A stretch of 64,000 nucleotides of DNA from Christensenellales bacterium (lineage in GTDB: Bacteria > Bacillota > Clostridia > Christensenellales > DTU072). The notes beneath the pieces were generated by a model that searched no databases, was not told where the DNA came from, and was given only the letters and a program-made list of their open reading frames with translations. The first letter of the stretch is position 1. Each line of letters begins with the position of its first letter. Of the stretch, positions 58,298 through 64,000 are shown one piece after another. The DNA lies in assembly GCA_050945855.1 (NCBI GenBank), contig JBMNTS010000004.1:5464-69463 (forward strand), in the 5' to 3' direction. The position numbers and the translations under genes were made by a program.

Positions 58298-59016
58298 GGC
58301 TGGACGTATATCTGGCGCAAAGCGGGCTAGCCCGCTCACGCAGCGAGGCGGCCAATCTGATAAAACTGGGCGCGGTCTTTGTAGGCGGCGCAAAGGCGGA
58401 CGCTCCCTCAATGAGCATTAATCCCGACAATCTTCCCGAAATTGAAATTACATCGGAAATTTACGCTTCCGTAGGCGCGCTGAAGCTAAAGGCGGCACTG
58501 GATTATTGGCATCCGGAAATTGCGGATAAAATCGCGTTGGACGCGGGCGCATCCACAGGCGGCTTTACCGATTTGCTGTTAAAGAGGGGAGCAAAGAGGG
58601 TTTACGCCGTGGATATCGGGCAAGGTCTGTTAAGGGATGAGTTAAGACAGGACAACAGGGTAAAGGCTATAGAAAATACCAATATCAGAAATATGACTTT
58701 GGAAACAATATCGGAAAAATGCGATATCATTACCGTTGACCTATCCTTTATTTCACTTAAATTGGTGCTTGACAACCTAAAGCAATTCCTTGCAGAGGAC
58801 GGCATGCTTATCGCGCTGGTCAAGCCGCAATTTGAGCTGGGCGCTTCCGCCCTGAATAAGCAAGGCATAGTCAAGGATGAGCAGCTTGCCTTGTCCGCCG
58901 TGGAGGATGTAAAGAGCTTTGCCGAACAATGCGGCTACAAAACGGCAGGCTATATTCCCGCTCCCCGCGATTTCCAAAAAAAGAACAGGGAATACCTGCT
59001 TAATTTAACTTTGTAA
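58294..59016 (+). CDS. tlyA: TlyA family rRNA (cytidine-2'-O)-methyltransferase
   Basis: S4 domain (MRLDVYL..SRS.A..LI) plus FtsJ-type SAM motif DAGASTGGFTD. Confidence 0.92.
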   Translation: MRLDVYLAQSGLARSRSEAANLIKLGAVFVGGAKADAPSMSINPDNLPEIEITSEIYASVGALKLKAALDYWHPEIADKIALDAGASTGGFTDLLLKRGAKRVYAVDIGQGLLRDELRQDNRVKAIENTNIRNMTLETISEKCDIITVDLSFISLKLVLDNLKQFLAEDGMLIALVKPQFELGASALNKQGIVKDEQLALSAVEDVKSFAEQCGYKTAGYIPAPRDFQKKNREYLLNLTL

Positions 59017-59072
59017 TCCCAATTATTCAATACTGATTGAATATTTATAAACAATAATGTATAATTATATTT

Positions 59073-59909
59073 ATGATATTAGGTATTTACGCTAACCTGC
59101 AACGCGATATTAACGGAGTCAACGCAAGCCTTATCGCTTCCGCCCTGCGAAAGGAAGGGATTAGGTTTTGTCTGGATAAGGAGTTAAGTTTTCTTAACAT
59201 TGACGCGCCGCATTATCCCATTGAAGAAATGGCAAAAATCTGCGACATTATAGTCACTTTGGGCGGCGACGGCACCATATTGGGCATAGCCAAGCATTGC
59301 GCGCATAACGGCTGCAAGATATACGGGCTTAATCTGGGCAATTTGGGTTTTTATACGGAGCCGCTTGACACCGAATGCAAAAAACTGATTGATTACATCA
59401 AAAAAGGCGCTCCCTTTGTCAGCGACATGCGTACTTTGCTTTCTGTCGAATATAACAATCGGTTATATTACGCTCTTAACGAAGTGGTGGTGGCGCGAGG
59501 CGCGCGCACAAAACTGATTAAGTTAAGCGTGCATATCAACGGCAGTCTTGCCGGCAATTACAAAGCGGACGGTATAATATTATCCACCGCTTCGGGGTCT
59601 ACCGCTTATTCCTTATCCGCGGGCGGACCCATTGTGATTCCCGATGTCGCGGCCTTTATTCTTACTCCTTTGGCGCCGCATTCTCTGCAATCGCGGCCTT
59701 ATGTGGTAAGCGAAAACAGCGTGATTAAGGCGACGCTTTTTTCCGATGAGCAACCCGCCCATATCCATATGGACGGCAACGAAATAGGGCTGTTGAACGC
59801 CGAAGAAAGCATTATCATAAAAAAGAGCGACAAATATGTGGAATTTGTGCGCTTTGAAGGTTACGATTATTACAACAGGCTAAGCGAAAAGATAAACAAA
59901 ATAGGCTAA
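59073..59909 (+). CDS. nadK: NAD kinase
   Basis: GGDGT motif and NE....R / STASGSTAYSLSAGGPI motifs. Confidence 0.94.
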   Translation: MILGIYANLQRDINGVNASLIASALRKEGIRFCLDKELSFLNIDAPHYPIEEMAKICDIIVTLGGDGTILGIAKHCAHNGCKIYGLNLGNLGFYTEPLDTECKKLIDYIKKGAPFVSDMRTLLSVEYNNRLYYALNEVVVARGARTKLIKLSVHINGSLAGNYKADGIILSTASGSTAYSLSAGGPIVIPDVAAFILTPLAPHSLQSRPYVVSENSVIKATLFSDEQPAHIHMDGNEIGLLNAEESIIIKKSDKYVEFVRFEGYDYYNRLSEKINKIG

Positions 59910-59924
59910 GTGAATGAGGTTATT

Positions 59925-60377
59925 ATGTCGAGAGCCAAAAGACAGGCAATAATACTTGATGTTATTGCCAATAAAGAGATAGAAACTCAAAAAGAGCTGA
60001 CTTACGAGCTTAAGGAGCACGGGCTTAATGTTACGCAAGCCACGATTTCCCGCGATATCAATGAACTGGGGCTGGTAAAGGCGGCCTCTCCCAAGACGGG
60101 CAAGCAAAGATACGTATACAATCAGCCCGCGCAGGAAAAATTCCCCAAACTTATCAACCTCTTTCAGGAGTCCGTCGTAAAAATAGACAGCGCAATGAAT
60201 ATAGTAGTGATAAAAACCATAGCGGGCAGCGCCAACACCGCTTGTTTGCTTATAGACAAGCTTAATATTCCCGAGATAATAGGCAGCGTAGCCGGGGATG
60301 ATACCGTGATTCTTATTATAAACAAAGTCACAAATGTAAAATACGTCATAGAAAAACTGGAATCTTATTTAAACTGA
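59925..60377 (+). CDS. argR: Arginine repressor ArgR/AhrC
   Basis: Winged-helix N-terminus (RQAIILDVI...TQ.EL...L...G..VTQATISRDI.EL.LVK) and a C-terminal oligomerisation domain (GTIAGDDT-like AGDDTVILI). The ATG at 59925 follows GAGG. Confidence 0.93.
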   Translation: MSRAKRQAIILDVIANKEIETQKELTYELKEHGLNVTQATISRDINELGLVKAASPKTGKQRYVYNQPAQEKFPKLINLFQESVVKIDSAMNIVVIKTIAGSANTACLLIDKLNIPEIIGSVAGDDTVILIINKVTNVKYVIEKLESYLN

Positions 60378-60378
60378 T

Positions 60379-62037
60379 ATGATTATCTCCATCAGCATAA
60401 AAAATCTGGCATTAATAGATTGGGCGGTATTTGAGCCCAAAGCAGGATTAAACGTGCTAAGCGGCGAGACGGGCGCGGGCAAATCCCTGCTTATCGGATC
60501 GCTAAATTTTGTGCTGGGCGCGAGGCTGAATAAAACGCTGGTGCGCCACGGGCGGGAATGGGCTTACGTCGAGGTGGTTTTCGAAACCCAAAACAGGGAA
60601 GTGGCGGAGTTTTTGCAGGATATCGGCATAGAGCAGGAGGAGTATATAATAATCAGCCGCAAATTGTATACTTCGGGAAAGAGCGAATGCAGGATTAACG
60701 GCAGGTTTGTCAACTTATCCGATTTCAGAAAGCTGTTGCCCATGCTAATAGATATTTATTCTCAGGGCGAACAGCTTACCCTTACCGAGGACGCCAATCA
60801 TATAAAGATACTGGATAACAGCAGCGAAAGGGTATTGACGGCACTTGCCGAATATCAAAATATTTATCGCTCCTATTGCGCTATAGAAAAGGAACTTGCC
60901 ATGCTGGGCAACGCCGCCGAACGCGCGCGCGAGGTTGACATCCTGCTTTATCAAATCGAGGAAATAAAGGCCGCCAATATCAGCGCGGAAGAGGAAGAAA
61001 GACTGCTTGCTCAAAGAAAAAGGCTGATCAATATCCAAAAAATCGCGGAGCGTCTGAACTTTGCCGTTTGCGCGCTGTACGAGGAGAGCCTGCCCGCTCT
61101 CCATAATGCCTTTTCCTCCTTACAAAGGATATGCGACTACGACGATTCCGTAAAAGAGCTTGCGGAAAGGCTGGATACCGTTTCCATAGAATTAAAGGAT
61201 ATCTTGTATACGCTTAAAGACAAATCGGAGATGCAGGAAGATGAGAGTCCGGAGAAAGTCCAAAAGCGCATAGAATTTATCAGAGACATAAAAAGAAAGT
61301 ACGGCGGTACATTCGAGAGCGTAAGCGAATATCTGCAAAAGAGCGAAGAGCGGCTGACAGTGCTGGAGGGCGCGCAGGAGAGGGAGGCAAAGCTGGAAAA
61401 TGATAAAGAGCAGACCTACATAAAATTAAAGCACGCCGCGGAACGCCTTACCGAGATGCGGACGCACGCCGCTCGGGAATTGACCAAAGGGATAATAAGA
61501 AATCTGGAAGATTTACAAATGAAAGGCACTCTTTTTGATGTGCGCTTTGAAAAAACGGATTTCGGTCCCAACGGCGCGGACGATGTGCTGTTTATGATTT
61601 CTCCCAACCCCGGACAGCCTTTGTATCCCTTGAGCAAAATTGCCAGCGGAGGCGAAATGAGCAGGATTATGCTTGCGCTTAAAAGCATTATCGCAAATTG
61701 CGAAAGTATGGAAACCTTGGTCTTTGACGAAATTGACGCGGGCATCAGCGGTACTGCCGCCTGGACTGTCGCGGAAAAGCTATATAATATCTCTCAAGGC
61801 AGACAGGTGATAGCGGTCACTCACCTTGCACAGATTGCCGCAATGGCGGACAATCATTTTTTGATTAATAAAAAGGTTGACAATGATAACACAAGCACCG
61901 AAATTATTTCGCTTTCGGCGGAAGAGTCGCTTATCGAAGTGATGCGGCTTGCGGGTTCGGATAAACATAGCGAAATAGGACGGCTCAACGCTTTGGAGAT
62001 TAAGGCACAGGCGGACGCCATAAAGCAAAAGTCCTGA
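60379..62037 (+). CDS. recN: DNA repair protein RecN
   Basis: Walker A GETGAGKS, coiled-coil middle, SGGE signature (ASGGEMSRIMLAL), Walker B VFDEIDAG. Confidence 0.96.
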   Translation: MIISISIKNLALIDWAVFEPKAGLNVLSGETGAGKSLLIGSLNFVLGARLNKTLVRHGREWAYVEVVFETQNREVAEFLQDIGIEQEEYIIISRKLYTSGKSECRINGRFVNLSDFRKLLPMLIDIYSQGEQLTLTEDANHIKILDNSSERVLTALAEYQNIYRSYCAIEKELAMLGNAAERAREVDILLYQIEEIKAANISAEEEERLLAQRKRLINIQKIAERLNFAVCALYEESLPALHNAFSSLQRICDYDDSVKELAERLDTVSIELKDILYTLKDKSEMQEDESPEKVQKRIEFIRDIKRKYGGTFESVSEYLQKSEERLTVLEGAQEREAKLENDKEQTYIKLKHAAERLTEMRTHAARELTKGIIRNLEDLQMKGTLFDVRFEKTDFGPNGADDVLFMISPNPGQPLYPLSKIASGGEMSRIMLALKSIIANCESMETLVFDEIDAGISGTAAWTVAEKLYNISQGRQVIAVTHLAQIAAMADNHFLINKKVDNDNTSTEIISLSAEESLIEVMRLAGSDKHSEIGRLNALEIKAQADAIKQKS

Positions 62038-62044
62038 TTTTACA

Positions 62045-62073
62045 GTATTTTGCAAATTTAACATTACATAATA
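62045..62073 (+). promoter_or_regulatory. Candidate forespore sigma-F/sigma-G promoter for spoIVB (GTATT-17 nt-CATAATA)
   Basis: The -10 element matches the sigma-G CATAnTA consensus. spoIVB is sigma-F/G dependent in Bacillus. Confidence 0.35.
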
Positions 62074-62117
62074 AAACCTTGCTCAAGTCAAACTAGAGAA
62101 TAAAGCGAGGTTTTTAA

Positions 62118-63140
62118 ATGGTTCAAAAAAAGGGTACTTACTTTGTTCTGCTTATTATTCTGATTTGCGTTTTTTCACTTAACTCACCCTTTTTTACTTC
62201 CGCGTTTGCCCAAACCGAATATGTATATCTTGGCGGCACACCGATAGGAGTAATCGCTTATCTTGACGGCGCTCTTGTGATTGACCTTGTGGAAATCAAT
62301 ACCAACGGGGGCACGGAGGCTCCCGCTGCCGCCGCGGGTATTAAAAAAGGCGACATAATAAAGCTGATTGAAAATACGCAAATAAAAAATGCGGCTGACA
62401 TCGCAAGAATTGTTGAGAAAAACGGCTCAAACATTTTAAGTATAACGGCAATCAGAGAGGATAACGAAATCAGTCTGAGCGCAAAACCCGCTTACGACAT
62501 AGTAGCCGGCAAGTATAAACTGGGCGTCTTGGTTAAAAATGAAGTCAGCGGCGTGGGCACATTGACATATATCAGACCGGATAATTTGCGCTTCGGAGGG
62601 CTGGGGCACAAAATCACGGACCCTAACTGCACTTCAAAAAATGTATATAACGAGGGCAGCATTTATAATTGCAATATTGTGGGAGTGGTAAAAGGCAAGC
62701 CCGGTGAAACGGGAGAGCTAAGAGGAGTGTTTAACAGAAATTCGGAATGCGAGGGCAGGCTGGATAAAAATCTGATAAGCGGCATATTCGGCAAATCATT
62801 TGGAAATCAGCTTTCCGGGTATCCCAAAATAGCACTTGGGGATAGCAAAAGCATAAAAATGGGAAACGCGCAAATATATACCACAATTAACGGAAGCTCC
62901 CCCGAATACTATGATATAGAAATAATAAAGTCCGTAAAGCAAACACTGCCCAACGAAAAAAGTCTGGTATTGCACGTAAAGGACGAAAGGCTCATTGCCG
63001 CAACGGGAGGCATAGTACAGGGCATGAGCGGCTCTCCCATAATTCAGAACGGCAAGCTGATAGGCGCGGTAACTCATGTGTTTGTCAATGACCCCACACG
63101 AGGTTTCGGGATTTTTATAGATTGGATGATTGATAACTAA
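62118..63140 (+). CDS. spoIVB: SpoIVB peptidase (S55 signalling serine protease)
   Basis: Signal/TM N-terminus, PDZ region (AAAGIKKGDII), and S55 catalytic Ser context GMSGSPII. Canonical recN-spoIVB order. Confidence 0.93.
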   Translation: MVQKKGTYFVLLIILICVFSLNSPFFTSAFAQTEYVYLGGTPIGVIAYLDGALVIDLVEINTNGGTEAPAAAAGIKKGDIIKLIENTQIKNAADIARIVEKNGSNILSITAIREDNEISLSAKPAYDIVAGKYKLGVLVKNEVSGVGTLTYIRPDNLRFGGLGHKITDPNCTSKNVYNEGSIYNCNIVGVVKGKPGETGELRGVFNRNSECEGRLDKNLISGIFGKSFGNQLSGYPKIALGDSKSIKMGNAQIYTTINGSSPEYYDIEIIKSVKQTLPNEKSLVLHVKDERLIAATGGIVQGMSGSPIIQNGKLIGAVTHVFVNDPTRGFGIFIDWMIDN

Positions 63141-63178
63141 AGCAAGAGCGGATATTTAAGACAATGGCGCCAAGGTAA

Positions 63179-63212
63179 GCGGAAAAGCGGCTTAAACTAC
63201 CGCTTTTTCCGC
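63179..63212 (+). terminator. Hairpin terminator after spoIVB
   Basis: GCGGAAAAGCGG-cttaaacta-CCGCTTTTTCCGC (one bulge). The trailing U-run is weak. Confidence 0.55.
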
Positions 63213-63252
63213 ATTCAATAATTAATTTGACAGTAAGCGCATATTCTTTACT

Positions 63253-63861
63253 ATGATATACTTTTGGGAAAATATCAAGAGGGTATTTATTGATATTAAG
63301 CAGTTGTTTTTTTGTCACAGACTGCATTTTTTAATATGCGCCGGAGTGGCCTTGCTTGCCATTCTGATTGCGCTTAACAACGCCTCCGCCGAAATAGTGA
63401 TATATCACCCCAACTTTATCGTATTGATAATTCAGGGCTCTTTTAACCCTTTAGCCTTTCTTTTCCAACTGATAATATTCGGCGCCTTGATTTTTTTATT
63501 CCTTTTCCTGGCTTGCTGGCATTTTGTCTTTTATCTGCTTATATATCCGTTAGTTTATTTTTCCGTGTATAAGTTTATGCTGCCCGTATTCGTAAGCTGT
63601 ATAGTGGACGGAATCAGCGGCATATTCTTAGTGTTCTGTTGTCATTTGCCTATTTGCCTTACCGGCTGCTATTGTTTTTCGGTAGCCGGTATAAGAGTGT
63701 ACAATTTATGCAATTATCCTCACCAAATCAGATATTTTAACAACCTTAAATATATGTCCAAAAGCATCTTTAACGAAATATGTTTCCCTTATCTTTGTTT
63801 TATATGCGTAAGCACATTATGGTGGTTGGTGCTGTATCTGATTTTCGCATTAATCTGCTGA
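63253..63861 (+). CDS. Hypothetical Cys/Phe-rich polytopic membrane protein
   Basis: 202 aa, about 5-6 hydrophobic helices, 13 Cys. No family recognised (a SpoIIM-like call cannot be supported). Confidence 0.45.
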   Translation: MIYFWENIKRVFIDIKQLFFCHRLHFLICAGVALLAILIALNNASAEIVIYHPNFIVLIIQGSFNPLAFLFQLIIFGALIFLFLFLACWHFVFYLLIYPLVYFSVYKFMLPVFVSCIVDGISGIFLVFCCHLPICLTGCYCFSVAGIRVYNLCNYPHQIRYFNNLKYMSKSIFNEICFPYLCFICVSTLWWLVLYLIFALIC

Positions 63862-63945
63862 CGCCCCTCTTGTAAACGGTTAAATTAACAACATATAAGA
63901 ATAATAATGTTCGTTGTGCAGAAGATATAAAAAGAGGGAAACACA

Positions 63946-64000
63946 ATGAAAAAATTTGTTATATCAATTTCCGTATTACTTTTATTTGTCTGCGCTTTGC
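63946..64000 (+). CDS. 5' end of a secreted/lipoprotein-like ORF (MKKFVISISVLLLFVCAL...), truncated by the window edge
   Basis: AGAGGGA RBS 6 nt upstream of the ATG. Signal-peptide-like N-terminus with a Cys. Confidence 0.4.
   Translation, partial: MKKFVISISVLLLFVCAL

Overview
This is a chromosomal core region of an endospore-forming Firmicute, Clostridia-like by gene content. It holds about 65 CDS in long co-directional operons, mostly on the + strand. Housekeeping genes: topA (5' truncated by the window edge), trmFO, hslVU, hisS, aspS, trxA, glyA, nifSU, lepA, hemW, hrcA-grpE-dnaK-dnaJ, prmA, rsmE, mtaB, rpsU, efp, nusB, folD, xseAB, ispA, tlyA, nadK, argR and recN. Arginine genes form two divergent sets, argD-carB-argF and argG-argH, each behind a promoter overlapped by an ARG box. 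Sporulation genes: spoIIAA-spoIIAB-sigF, spoVAC-D-E, the complete spoIIIAA-AH operon, and spoIVB. RNA and regulatory features: six tRNAs in two sub-clusters (Pro-CAT type-Asp-Phe and Thr-Tyr), a TPP riboswitch ahead of thiT, and a CIRCE operator ahead of hrcA. The most notable feature is an ORF-free, promoter-driven, structured RNA of roughly 590 nt between ispA and a small 4-TM protein gene (57.1-57.7 kb). Its size and context (xseAB-ispA upstream, tlyA-nadK-argR-recN downstream) match the OLE (ornate, large, extremophilic) RNA / OapA ribonucleoprotein locus. A second region worth attention lies between the tRNA cluster and spoVA (40.3-44.7 kb). It encodes a promoter-driven hyper-acidic 66-aa protein and an operon of a membrane-anchored metallophosphoesterase, a polytopic membrane protein and a stand-alone condensation/CAT-like (HxxxDG) acyltransferase. 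No CRISPR array, transposase, integrase or rRNA was seen. All calls rest on reading the translated ORFs and the nucleotide sequence; no database search was run.
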